Assembly (NCBI RefSeq): GCF_002571385.2
Contig: NW_019218081.1
Coordinates: forward strand, 256,006-320,005
Source of the DNA: Stylophora pistillata
Lineage: Eukaryota
Length of the DNA: 64,000 nucleotides
Reading direction: 5' to 3'
Positions 29,084-41,400 of the stretch are shown piece by piece. The first letter of the stretch is position 1; each line of letters opens with the position of its first letter. Made by a program: the position numbers and the translations under genes. Under the pieces are notes generated by a model that made no database searches, was not told where the DNA came from, and saw nothing but the letters and a program-made list of their open reading frames with translations.

Positions 29084-29411
29084 TTAGTTTCTAAAGAAAC
29101 TGTTTGGGGCTGCGTCGGTGGGGGTAACGAAATAATTCGGATATATCAACAAAGTTGAAATGGTAAATTGGCCACCGTAACGATTACAAAAGCTGACGTT
29201 TCGAGCGTTAGCCCCTCGTCGGAGCGAATAGAGGAATTGTGGGTTGTGTGTGCTTTTAAAGGCAGAAAATGGAGCTACGTTATTCTGCCTTTAAAAGCAC
29301 ACACAACCCACAATTCCTCTATTCGCTCCGACGAAGGGCTAACGCTCGAAACGTCAGCTTTTGTAATCGTTACGGTGGCCAATTTACCATTTCAACTTTG
29401 TTGATATATCC
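29084..29411. mobile_element. Penelope-like terminal remnant: near-perfect ~130-bp-arm palindrome with a hammerhead-like motif on each strand
   Basis: Arms about 29139-29267 and 29283-29411; GCT-CCGACGA-A-GGGC-TAAC-GCTC-GAAACGTC-AGC at 29325-29358. Confidence 0.8.
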
Positions 29412-30266
29412 TAATTAATTAAATTGCCTTCGCAACACTTAAGAGTCGAAAACGAACTACTTATAATTCGTCAAGTGGGTAATTTCCTTCAATAAAAGCA
29501 AATTGTGTTACCCGCTGCCTTTTTGCAGTACACTAAATTCGAACATTCACAAAAAGGCACCAAAGATGTTAATCTGTCAATCAATTTTCTTTTATCTTAC
29601 CGAGAAAAAAAATTACGACAGTTTTAATGCGCGGTTTACTAAAGGACTGCTTACATATCTTGACAAGAAGGGATTGAATGTATTATCGTGGGTTGAAGTA
29701 GATAAGCCGATAGCAAATACATTTTTCCTGTAATCGCATGCAGCTGCTAATTTTTTCGAGCTTATTTGAATTTACCCAACCAGTGGAAACGACATGCAGT
29801 AAAGGTTATTTGTTTTGCTGGTGACAGTGTGTCACCTGGAGACGGCATATATGACAAACATTTTGCATCTGAGTACGCCAACCCAGAGGAAAAGTAAAAA
29901 ATAATTATAATTTACGTCTTTTCCCCTGAGATTAAAAGAATTTAGCAAGTGCCAAACTCTAATTTGAAGATCGGTATCATAAATTTTTTTTTCTTACCAC
30001 ATTCAATGCCAGATTTTCTAACTACAGAGAAGGTAAGCATGCTGATGTTCCTGTGAATAATAAAAACTGAATTTAGATATTTTTCACCTTATGACTAATG
30101 AAATATTTATAAAAACTGCAGTTAGGAATTTTCCGTATTGTCAGTTATGACTGTGATAATGACTTGTAACCCTTTCCAGCGGCTTCAAGACGACAACATC
30201 TCATATTATCGAGATTAATTTTAACCACATGATTTTAAGGCAAAGGGGACTTTTTAAGTTTTGTTA

Positions 30267-31101
30267 TGAAAGATGGTAGAAGCAAAACTTATTGTACTTG
30301 CGGTTGTCAATTCATTATTCAGTGCGTTTGGAAGTATCATGAATTTAGTGGTTGCTTTTGTCATCGTTAGCGATCGAAACCTGCAAAAAGGGCTAAATCT
30401 TCTGATCTTAAACCTTTGTGTAGCAGATTTCATGAACTGTGCGATTTCGCAACCGATATAAGTGCACGCTGTTCTAAACTTTAGTGAGACAAGCACGACG
30501 TTTATAAAAGCTTTTACGATGGTCGCTTCTATCACTCTGCACGCTTCCACCATGAATCTACTGGCCATGACAATCCACCGAATGAGAGCACTTTCCCGCC
30601 CTTTTTCGTATCTTTTTCTGTCGAAGCAGCAAGTTGCGATCGCAGTCACCCTGGTTTGGGTAATGTCGGTAATGGTGGGTGTGTTTTCTCGCCACGGACA
30701 GTGGCAAACTTGTCGCGGCGTATTTTCATTTGGCAATGACATTAGCGTGGATTGCTGGCTACGTCGGCCTTTTCTGTTTGGTGAAAAGGCACAGAGCAAG
30801 AATTGTTTCATTGGAAGGCTCTCCCACTACACAGTTACAAACTGCTAGTCTCGAATATGAGAGCGAATCCGTCAAAACCTCGGCCATTTTGGTGGCTTCC
30901 TCGTTGATCTGTTTCTTCCCGGATATTGTGTTGGATTTTATGGGACGTGCAGACGAGAGCAGAAAGTCTTGGGGATTTACCATTTTGTTTATGAGCTCAT
31001 CCTTAAACCCATGCTTAATCATCTGGCGTAGCCAACAGTTTCAGGCTGTACTTACCAAGATGTTGCGGGACGTTCGGCAGTGGCGAGGTTTTATGGAATG
31101 A
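30267..31101 (+). pseudogene. Disrupted single-exon class A GPCR (nonsense codon at 30459-30461, +1 frameshift near 30683-30687)
   Basis: Three ORF pieces are colinear with the intact paralog at 36526-37332 (LHAS, YESE..KTSAILV, ICFFPD, NPC, RSQQF); TAA lies where the paralog has Tyr. Confidence 0.85.
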
Positions 31102-32669
31102 TAGACTGGAGTGTGCCGTTTGTAAAGCTTTCATCAAATAGTCCTTGAAAACAAGTCGATGCTGTGAGTTTAGTAACGCTTTGCTCGTGACTGTCGAACT
31201 TATCCATGATAAGTTTCCTAGGAAAAAAAAGGCATTAAGTAACGAAGGAAAGGCCTTCAAGGTAGTTTTTTTCGGTTGCGGTGAAGTATCTACTAAGTCA
31301 TCCTTGTGTGAAATATTTGGTTTAAAAAAAAGAAAATCGAAAACCGATCTTTACTTCTTTGTTACTCAAACAGTTGGAATTAGAGATTAATCGAACGATT
31401 TAGCTGGTTTAGAAATTTTTGGAAAGAGGAACTAAACTTCATTTCACTTGAGCGAACTGTTCTCGAAAAGGATGATTTCTTAAATATAAAGTAGAATTTC
31501 ACACCCGTTACTAATTTGTACAAAATGCGAAGAGCACATCAAGTCACCTAAAATATTCTATGTAAACACTGGTATGAAAACAATAGATTCTAAAAAACGT
31601 TTTTAAGTCGTTTTTCCCTCAACAAACCGATGACTTGTAATGGTTTCTGTTTCAAAAGAATCTGAAAGCATATGGCAACGACAAAAATCGCTTTTAGAAG
31701 CGGTCGCTTCTCTCTACGTAAAGAATATAAAAGTTATGAGCTTTAAGAAATAACCATCATCTGTCTGCAGCTCGAGTCGAGTCGCTTATGCAGGCAAACT
31801 TTTAGTCGCATGTACATCATGAAAGACATCCATTTGGCTGGTTTATGGAGTCAGTTGCTCCTTTTATCTTCGTTTCCCTAAAATTAAACGGGTCGCAGAG
31901 CAAAGACTGACCTCCACAAGTGTTTGGGGATAATCAACGAAGAAGAAGAAAGAAAAAGAAAACCCTAGGTGTTGAGATATTTCAACCCGTGCCAGAATAC
32001 CTCATTTTCGACGCAGTATTGCTTTTAGTCCCAGAAAATCGACCTTCGATTTCTAAAGAAAAAAGAGAGGGGAATTGTATATTAATTATAGATAACTATT
32101 CAACAAGGCTCGTTAAACAATCTACTGTATGGTGCAGCCGCTGAATTTAAGACAGCGTGGCAGTTTTGTGTTAAGTCACTCCATTCATGTGATACTTTGT
32201 AATATATCTGTTCTGGACATTTTTAAATAGCACAATTTCTTTTTGTTTTTGTTAGAACGTTTAATCAAAAAGGTATCAGCCTTCACGGAGATAAACATCT
32301 GCGTTCTTTCGCCGCTTTTCTAGTCGCCTGAATTATTTGAAAATTAAACTACTCAATCAAAAGGTTTGGAGACCTACTTAATAAAATTGAGTCTGCTGAA
32401 ACCGGTTTGTTTTGCCGAAGACAAGAAACGAGACATTGGCACTCACTAGAGCTGTTGCTAAAGTTATACAGTGTCTACTGTATAACAATTAAAGCTTAAC
32501 TGAAACTGATTGTTCCAAAAAGAAACTTATCATAAATTACAGTGTAAGATTTCGCTCTCTTCTATCGAATACCCCATGAAGATTCAAAGACTTAGCAACT
32601 TAATCATAATTAGTCTACACCGCTCTCAGATATTTGACTGTTCATTAAGATTAGATGTGATGTATATGC

Positions 32670-32731
32670 GTTATTAATCAAAAGTGAGGTCAAGATGGCT
32701 GGATAATGATTGGCCGACTTGGTTTTTTGCA

Positions 32732-32768
<37 letters not shown>

Positions 32769-33240
32769 TGCGAAAAAAGAACGAGGCTAATATCTAGCCA
32801 TCTTGACCGAACAAGCTTGGTTTATAAAGGATTTATATTATATTACAAAAGATTTCGCTTTAATGAGAATTAGAATGAGTTGTTTACTTTGAGAGCCGGG
32901 AATAAACCAACTGTATTTGTAGCACAACAAACTCACGAGAATCATTTCTATTTTCTTTGTTTTGACTATCTTCTGCCGCTTTTTGCGTTTCCATCGTCGA
33001 AATTGTCCAAGAATTACGAACGTAGTTCTAATTCTATTTTTTCTTGCACGGGATCAATGCGGGCAATCCTGCGCGGGCAAGATGGGCTCGTCTCGCCCGC
33101 TCGGGTAGCCAATCAGAACATAGGATTCGCTTCATCTTGCTCACGGGCGCTGCGAGTGGTGTAATGAATTATCATTACTACTTAGCTAGCAGCACACACG
33201 GGCTAGATGAAGCGAATCCTGTGTTCTGATTGGCTGCCCG
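32670..33240. repeat. Interspersed non-autonomous repeat; similar elements at about 28335-28630, 39228-39390, 39685-39995 and 46245-46800 (class uncertain)
   Basis: Motifs such as GACCGA...CAAGCTTGGTT.ATAA, AGCCAAT/ATTGG boxes and CGAG...CGAGG recur among these segments. Confidence 0.45.
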
Positions 33241-33249
33241 AACGTTCAA

Positions 33250-33785
33250 ATTAATAATAATAAAGTCTTTATTCCCTAAAAGATAAAAATACATAACTTT
33301 TGTTACAAATACCTATAAGAAATTTTGAAAAGGCAAAAAGTAAGAATTAAAAATCTAGTATATTACATAAGTAATTCATATTTTAAAACTAAAAGGTAAA
33401 TAAAGGAATTTTTAAAATGTATAGTGTTAATCTTAGGCTTAGAACAAGTTCCTTTCCTAAGATTGTGACTGGACGGTTTAACACGAGGCATAACGGGTAA
33501 AAGTGGATGTCCTTTAGCATTAGAAAGTTTTTAAAAAATTTTACGGTCTTGCCTCTCTACGAGATCATTAATACTTACAGGCTTAGACGTGTATTTCCTT
33601 TAAAACAGCGGTCTAAGAAACATTGTACAGGTGTAAGATCGGACTCGGACGCGGCGTAAACAGATTATGCGTAATTGATATTAGATAGAACTATTATATT
33701 AAAGAGATGATGTATTTCTGATCAATTGTACCCTCTTTACGCAGCGTTCTAAGGATATCTGGGGATTTGTTAGCTTTAAAAAGTT
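33250..33785 (-). mobile_element. Degenerate LINE 3' fragment
   Basis: Decayed ORF2 C-terminus-like sequence on the minus strand ending in AATAAA and a (TTA)n tail near 33250-33272. Confidence 0.5.
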
Positions 33786-34164
33786 TGTTCTTCCCGTGCA
33801 CTGAAAATTTGCTTACGAAGTCGCAAAAAGCGGCAGAAGACAATCAAAACAAAAAAAAAAATTAGATAAAACGACCCATTAAGGCGCTTACGTTTACGTG
33901 TTCTAAAACGCAAATGAAAGTAATCACAATGGCCAATCAAGTCGTATTATACATTTCAGGGAGCCACTGAGGACAGTGAACGCATGATAATGGTCTTGTA
34001 TCTGATTGGTTGAGAGGAAGTGATTGACACTCCTTTGCACTAATTTCAATTTGCCTGGCTAACAGTAATTGAACAGCCGTATGGTTCGAAATATGCAACT
34101 CTTAACTTTGTTAGGGTATGCTAAGCATTCAAGAATCTGGTTGCACTTCCATATTCTACATCTC

Positions 34165-34830
34165 TTAGAAAGATGTTTTTCGTCTTGTCACGAGCGTAGG
34201 ACAAAGAAAAAAATTCTGTTTCCGCATGAGGAATCGATCATCAGACCTTCGGATTACGCGCTCTGATGCTCTACCACTGAACCACAGAGACTTTATGTTG
34301 AGCAAGGCCCATTCCGAAGTTCATACGTGACACGCCTACTGCGGCTAGAATCAGCAATGTCGATAGCGTCATGACGTGATATAGCATGACGCTATCGACG
34401 CGCGCGTGACAAGACGAAAAAGATCTCACTATATTTCTTTACCGAGCTCAAAGCTTACCGTCTTTCTCATTCTCTACATCTCTTGTTTGGAATTTAAATC
34501 TTCTCGGTTTAACTCTGGTTCTATTATGTGTCGTGACGTCGCCCATAGACACACTCCTTTCCAGATTTTGCGCAGCCAAAAAGGGAGGGGACTCCTAGGG
34601 ACTAAGTCTTTTTTTGACTGAATTACTAAAGTAATACGTATGATGCACGAGCCTCGCAGTAGAGAGCGCTATTTATGCAATAGCGAAAATCAGACCTGAA
34701 AAAAATCAGGCCTGTATGGGATTCGAACCACTGACCTCTGCGATACTAGTGCAGCGCTCTACCAATTTAGCTAACAAGCCAACTGGGAACAGGCCGTTAA
34801 GTTGATTCGTAATAAACCCGTGATGATAAA
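34165..34830 (-). repeat. Two tRNA-derived repeats (about 34165-34475 with inverted arms; about 34690-34830)
   Basis: Minus-strand GTTCAGTGGTAGAGC...GATCGATTCC and TAGCTAAATTGGTAGAGC...GGTTCGAATCC; TCGTCTTGTCACG / CGTGACAAGACGA inverted pair. Confidence 0.55.
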
Positions 34831-36525
34831 TCAGAAACAATGTATATATGAAGTTCATGTATTTTTTTCAAAATATATGAACTTCAGATATACATTGTAT
34901 CTTACTTACGTAATATTTTTTTAGAGCTGGACTGGGAAATTTCGAAACCAAGTATACCCTGGAGTATACAGCTGTTTCGAGAAAAAAGGACAAGAGTGCA
35001 CGAGACAATCTCGAAAGGTAATCTGGGTATCTGGTAATCAATGAATTGGGATAGATAAAAAGATTAAATAAATTCATCAAACCTACGATGCCTCGTCCTT
35101 ACAGTGACTTTTCTCAGGCTTCCCAGAAATCATTGACTTGAAAACTACCGACAATACCTTTCGAGATTATCGCACGCACTTTACGCTTTTTGTTTTTGAC
35201 AACCTTTCTCGAAACAGCGGCATCTAGTCGGGTTTAAGGCTCTTAACAAAACTAGCGCGCAGGTCTCCCGGCTAAGTGGTCTCTGCAGATAAGCAGAAGT
35301 TCCTATTTTTATTCTTACAAAAACGTTTTCACAACCCATAGCCACATTTAAAAAGTGTGCATTAGTGGCAGTTACTTTTACATTTTTCAATGTGGAAATT
35401 ACTAAGCCACCGTGATATCATAGTTATGCTATCCTTACGAGTTCGATCAGCTTAGAATGAAACATTGAGGTGTTCATAGCTACTGACTCACATTTGAAAA
35501 CTGTAGTATTAATGACTTTTACAGTGCGGGGTTCAAATATACCAAAATAAACCAATCACATGATGGGAAACGAACAGGGACTCTAAATTATTCAACTGTG
35601 GCAATCAGCGATTGCGCTAAAAACTAGCTAAGGTGACATATCAGTAAACGCATTTCAATCTACCTTGATTTGACGACCAGTTTTTTTGTCCTTTTTTTTT
35701 TTTTATTTTATCTAAGATACTGAAAGAGGGGCACCTTAAGTGTGCATTGTGCCGTGTCAACTCACAATTTTTCCTATTTTGGGATTTTAACAAAAGGTGC
35801 TCTCAGCTTGTTTCATTCAGTGCGTGAACTCTTTGCATTTAATTTAAAGTGACGATAGCAGGTAGCTGAATATTTACACAAGAAGAATTTAAATTAATGT
35901 TATTGTCGCGTGTATTTGAAATCATGACAGTTTGCTGTTCAAATGTCGGAGACTCTTACAATCAAAGGGATCATTTTAGCACGTAATGTTGCAAATCCTT
36001 CACCGTAGGTAAACTGAATTTTGTTTAAAGTAAAATTTCTTACATAGGCTTAAAAGTAGGCGGCTTGGCTTACATGTTAACTAGGTGTTCACCAAGACTT
36101 TCATAATTAAGTACCACATGACTGACAATTTTATCCGCGTCTGTTTTATTTTGACCATGCTTCCTCGCGATTTTTGAATGGTTATCAACTTGTAGTTTAG
36201 AATATATTCCTACACAAGAAACAGTGATATTACATCGGTTTTCCTTCGACCTTTTATTTTATCGTAACTATTAAGAATCAGAAATTTGTGCTCAAAATTA
36301 CCTTTTTTTTTGCCAATAAAGCTACATTCTGCCTTGTTTTTACTGTGTATTCTGAGACTCCAAGTTAGATCTGCAGATATACGCGACAACCAATGTGCGA
36401 TTAGTTAATGAAGCACAAAGTAATTTTTTTAAACTTTGTTTTGTCCCTTTGCGTGCACTGACCTTATCTTCTAGGAAATAAAAGATTTTCTTGTCAATAA
36501 AAGTTATCGATCCCCATGGCCCTTT

Positions 36526-37332
36526 TCACACACATCTGCAAGTTTTGCGAAACGCTCTCCTAAACTGCTGACTTCTACAAACAAAAACACACGGATTTAT
36601 CAAAGCGTTGGCGAAAAGCAAAGTGTAAGACCATTGCAATCTGGTTTCTTCGGCTCTTTCGAGCAGTTCATACACTACATCGGGAAAGAAACAGATAACA
36701 GATGTGCCCACTAGAATAGCCGAGGTTTTGGCTGCCTCACTCTCGTATTTCAAATTCGCCATCATAAAAGGACATGAAGGCATTCCTTCTTTAAAAGAAA
36801 TTCTATGCTTGTGTTGGCGCACAAGCCCGTATATCCCTGCATAACTTCCAAGCCACGCCAGAATGACGACAAGATGGATATACGGTGCTGCGGATCTTCC
36901 TGGTTCGATATCAAAAACAATCGCCATAATAACGGCTGCTGACCAAACGGTAACGATAGCGCACCAAGTTTGCTTTCTAGATATGAGAATGATATGTCTG
37001 AAAAGGCGAGAGAGCGCCCTCAAGCGATACAGCGTTATGGCGACCAGGTTGTTGGTCGAAGCGTGAAGACTGACAAAAGTGAGAAAGTGAAACGCCTTCA
37101 ATTTGTAACGATCAGTTTCCGTTTCGTGCGCGAGAAGGTAGATGTAAATTGGCTGAGCTACGACGTTGCTGAGAAGATCTGCCAATGATAGGCTTAAAAT
37201 AAACAGGTTTAGTCCCTTTCGTAGATCTTTGTTCTTAAAGATCACGAAAACCACGGTAGTGTTCAATACAGTCCCGAACACACTAAGAAGACCATTCAGT
37301 ACTGATAGGCTGATGACTCGAGGAGAAGTCAT
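36526..37332 (-). CDS. Compact single-exon class A (rhodopsin-like) orphan GPCR, 268 aa
   Basis: TM1 GxxxN, TM2 LSLADL, TM3 xxR (LYRL), TM4 W, TM6 CFFP, TM7 NPC, helix 8 FRRAF. Confidence 0.85.
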   Translation of the reverse strand: MTSPRVISLSVLNGLLSVFGTVLNTTVVFVIFKNKDLRKGLNLFILSLSLADLLSNVVAQPIYIYLLAHETETDRYKLKAFHFLTFVSLHASTNNLVAITLYRLRALSRLFRHIILISRKQTWCAIVTVWSAAVIMAIVFDIEPGRSAAPYIHLVVILAWLGSYAGIYGLVRQHKHRISFKEGMPSCPFMMANLKYESEAAKTSAILVGTSVICFFPDVVYELLERAEETRLQWSYTLLFANALINPCVFVCRSQQFRRAFRKTCRCV

Positions 37333-38483
37333 CTTCTTTCAATCGAAAAAACGGGATAATTCCACTTTAACCCTTGTGTATCCAAAATAACAACGAACTG
37401 CGCCCTTGGTAAACTTATCGGTCTGTGAGTGAGCGTGCTAAATGAATCCACCCTTCACGCAGCTGATGTAGCAATCAATTAATTGCAAGGAACATGTCTT
37501 TTTTTTTTTTTTTTTTTTGCGAATTATGTTTTTTGTTGAGTTTACCAAACGATCACCGGTTTAAAGTAAACCATTATATGAAAATAAAAGAAATAGAAAT
37601 TAAAAATTTCTTCGAAATATTTTTTTATTGTTTGAGTATTAATCAAAATCTAATGCTTCCTTTTCAACCTTTGATCCCATCAGTGATCAGCAACTGAGTT
37701 CCCTTTACAATATCACCCCCAGTTTCGAACCCAGAGCTTTCACGGCCAAGCAGTTACAGGTAGGATTTCGATTCGGTGAGTGTGTCTATCACACCTCCCC
37801 CTCCCCCCACAAATTACATACGAAGGTCACGAGAATAAAGTAGATGATCACCAACTAAAACAATTCTCCAGGTCAGAGGTATACATAAGTCGTTTGTCTT
37901 CATTCAATGTGGAGCAAGCCTAGAGAGTTTTCAGCATTCGGGTGTTCATTTTTTTGTTAGATAAAATTGAGGGGGTTATTTCAGTCTACTGGAAAAATCT
38001 TTAATTGCGGCCCAAAAGTGATGGCAAACATGCAGCTTTTTGTTATCATTTCTTCCTTCACGCCGCTCTTCGCTTTCTGTTTTTACTTACAAATAAAATC
38101 ACGCGTATGTCCGGCCTTTGCATACGGTATCTGCTGAAATAAAGACAAGTACCATTTTTCTGGTTTCTTTTTTTCTTTTTATTAGAGATTTCTAGGCTCT
38201 GGTTATCTGTCTGCCTGACTTTGTATTTAGATTTCAAAGAAAACTGTCGTATTAAGAGATAATAAACTGTCTCTTGATCACAAGATAAACTTTACGTCGA
38301 ATAATTGCCGGGGGGTGGGCGCTTATCGCGCTTACCAGAGGAAAGACTAAGTGGACCATCGATCTATTGGTTCCCAGTCTCGTCTCCCAGAAAATCGGTA
38401 GAGATGGAAACGGGTTCACGCGTTTAAACTTGTTGAGATGATGGTTCCAATTGATTTTGATTTTCTTTGTTTGACCAGCAGAG

Positions 38484-41400
38484 ATGTTGCGATCACTGCT
38501 GTTTGTTTTAACCATATTTTCCCAAATTATCTTCCGTGATGATTTCTTCGTGGTATCTCTTACCTCTAAGACCTGTTCTGCGAAAAATCAAGATTGCAAC
38601 ATGGCGGAAGTAGATGGTGCACATCCAAAACTTTTTATGCTGGATGGTATTAAGGTGAAATGAAGATTTGAGTTTTGATTGAGAGAAAATGTAGATAACT
38701 GAGAAATATATTTATCTGCTTTATACATGGATTTGATTTTGAAGGCGGGAATGAGAAATATCACCTAAATCTTCCTCTCATGCATTCAAGAAAATACTTC
38801 AAGTTTAATTTGTTCACGTAATATCTATTTCAAGGTGGAAGGATACTTCTTAACTTAGCCATATAGCTGTATGCTAGGGAGCAGGCTTATATCAATCGGG
38901 AGATACTGCTTAATTTAACAGTAAATTATCAGAGCTGAAAGATTTATTTTACAGACAGCAACATATTTGCTAACTTCGTTCTGCAACTATAGTTTTGGGA
39001 TGATCAGTTTAAAACATGATTTCTTCTTCTTCTTTTTCTTCTTGAATCTGTAACAGGTAGGACATGTTCAGGAGGTAAAACTGATGGAAGGAAAAATACA
39101 CCAAATGATAACTAGAAGCCTCAGGCCTCTTCTTTTTGGTAAATGTTGTGGGTGGGAGGGAAACTTAAACTTTCTAAGAAGTTAGAATGAAGCGTGTTGC
39201 TTGCTCGCTTGCTTGATTGCTAATTAGCAATTATTGGGTGAGTTTGAGCATGATAGTGATAATTATCAAGGCCAAAGTTAGTGTTATCTGCCAAAGCTGA
39301 AGGCTGAGGCAGATAACACAAACTGAGGCCTTGATAATTATCACCATCATGCAAAAACCAAATCCAATAATTGTTTTATTATGCATATTCCAGAACTGCA
39401 CTAGTAAAGACAAGAGCGCATAAAACTATTGTCTGTAGGTATGACATCACTTCTACATTATGTAAAATCTATTGTCTGTAGGTATGATGTAAAAGAATGT
39501 ATAATAATAACACTTATAGAGATACCGAAGCAGTAATGTACTGATCAGAAGTAATTTTGAAATTCTTAAGACTTCCATGCTGAACAAATTACTCAATCTA
39601 AAGGAAAGGACTAATATATAAACTGCCAGTATCCAATCCAGACTTCTCAGATATCGGTGTCTAGATTCATATTGATAAATATGTCTTATTAACCAAGCAT
39701 GAGGGCCGTACTGGGAGAATATTGGCCCGAGGTCTTGACAGTACGGACCGAGCGCAGCGAGGTCCGTACAAAAAAGACTGAGGGCCGATATTCTTCCAGT
39801 AAGGTCCCGAGCAAGCTTGGTTAATAAGAGATTTATTATACGACTGAAGTTCAAAGGGAGACAAGTGCGGTATCATTCGGGACCATTCGGGACAGTGCCC
39901 GGTCCAATACTTAGAGAATATTGGACCGGCAATAGAGCATTTTGATTGGTTGATATTAGTTATTGGCCCTCTGACTGCCCGAGTCGTGTAATAAAGACTA
40001 TTATTATCCAAATATGCTTTGTAGAGTACAAATAATGCACAAGACAACAACTCGTTGTTTGTATTTTTACTTGCCCTGTGGGCTCGTCAAAATACGACAT
40101 GACTCATAAAAATACTCAGCGATACTACACAACAAAATGTCTAATAAGATATATCTATTCAAGGTAAGTGATGAGCACATGATTGCTATCTTATCACCAA
40201 TTATTAAAGCAACGATTTGTAACAAATGTGTGTAATAAAACGTAGAGGTTCAAAATGCACCAGTGGCTGCAGCTGAGTGAATCAAAGCCAATCATAATGA
40301 AACATCAGACAGGCTTTTTCACTGACGGAACTTTCAGTGGCTTGATCTCGTCTTTTGATGAAGACTGGCAAAAATGTTACAACAGTTAAAATGTTGCAAT
40401 TAACAGTTGAAGTTACTTAACATCTAATAACATCTAAGCAAGGTTTTTTTAATTAGACCACAGCTTCAATTACTCTATGCATTTTTCCCAAAAATCAACT
40501 GCATCCCCTTTTGGCTCCCTACTGGCAAGTTAGGTTTGTTTTATTCTAAAGGCCAATTTTCAACCTTCTGCCTTGATGATTTCTCATGGGGTGTACCCTT
40601 TTGACATCATTATTGTTGTTTGCCTTTCTAGAAATATCAGACTTCTAAACACAGAGGAATGTGAATACATAATTAAATCAAACTTGCTTGCAAACAGGGC
40701 TTTTATGAAAGTACTACAATTCGCAACCTTGTGCCCTGATGAGTTCTCTTGAGGTGTACCCTTTTGATATTAATATTGTTGTTTGCCTTTCCAGAAATAC
40801 CAGACTTTTTAAGCAAGGAGGAATGTGAACACATAATCAAACTTGCTGGCAAAAAGGGCCTTCATGAAAGTACTACATTACCTGATCCTGACGATGACAT
40901 TGGTAAGACTATTTGACCACTTCGTTAGCTGACAAGAAAAGACTTGTCTTCACCCAAATCTATAATCAGGAGTAACAACCCACTCCTTCTAGTTATGCAT
41001 TATGAAATTCAAGATTATTGAGAATGGATCAGCTTGTTGCTTAGTAAACAGAAAAATCATAAAACGACTCTACCCTAGAAATATACCTTGACATCCTTTC
41101 AATTCACTGAAATCAGTTTTATGCTCCTGCATGAACAGAAGTGCTATCAGTTCTATCATTCCTTTGTGAGCAACTCTATAGCTATAAATAGGACTTGCAC
41201 TGGATAATTCAATACAAAATCTCATTTGTTACCTGTCATCATAGAGAGGATTTTAACTGCATTGCAAGTCCAGCATTTCAAATCATTAATCAAAAATGTA
41301 GAGTATAAAGCATGTCAATGTCAGAGCTGTATCTTGTAGCTTTTTTTCTTTTTTTTTGAACTTTTATATCAACTTTTATTGTATATAGTTTAATGAACTT

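Noticed and set aside
30254-30811. 185-aa minus-strand ORF
   Set aside because: Antisense shadow of the GPCR pseudogene with no recognisable motifs.
34700-34785. Possible tRNA gene (also at 41600-41675 and 60235-60305)
   Set aside because: A and B boxes are present but acceptor stems do not pair and the sequences run into repeat bodies; treated as tRNA-derived repeats.
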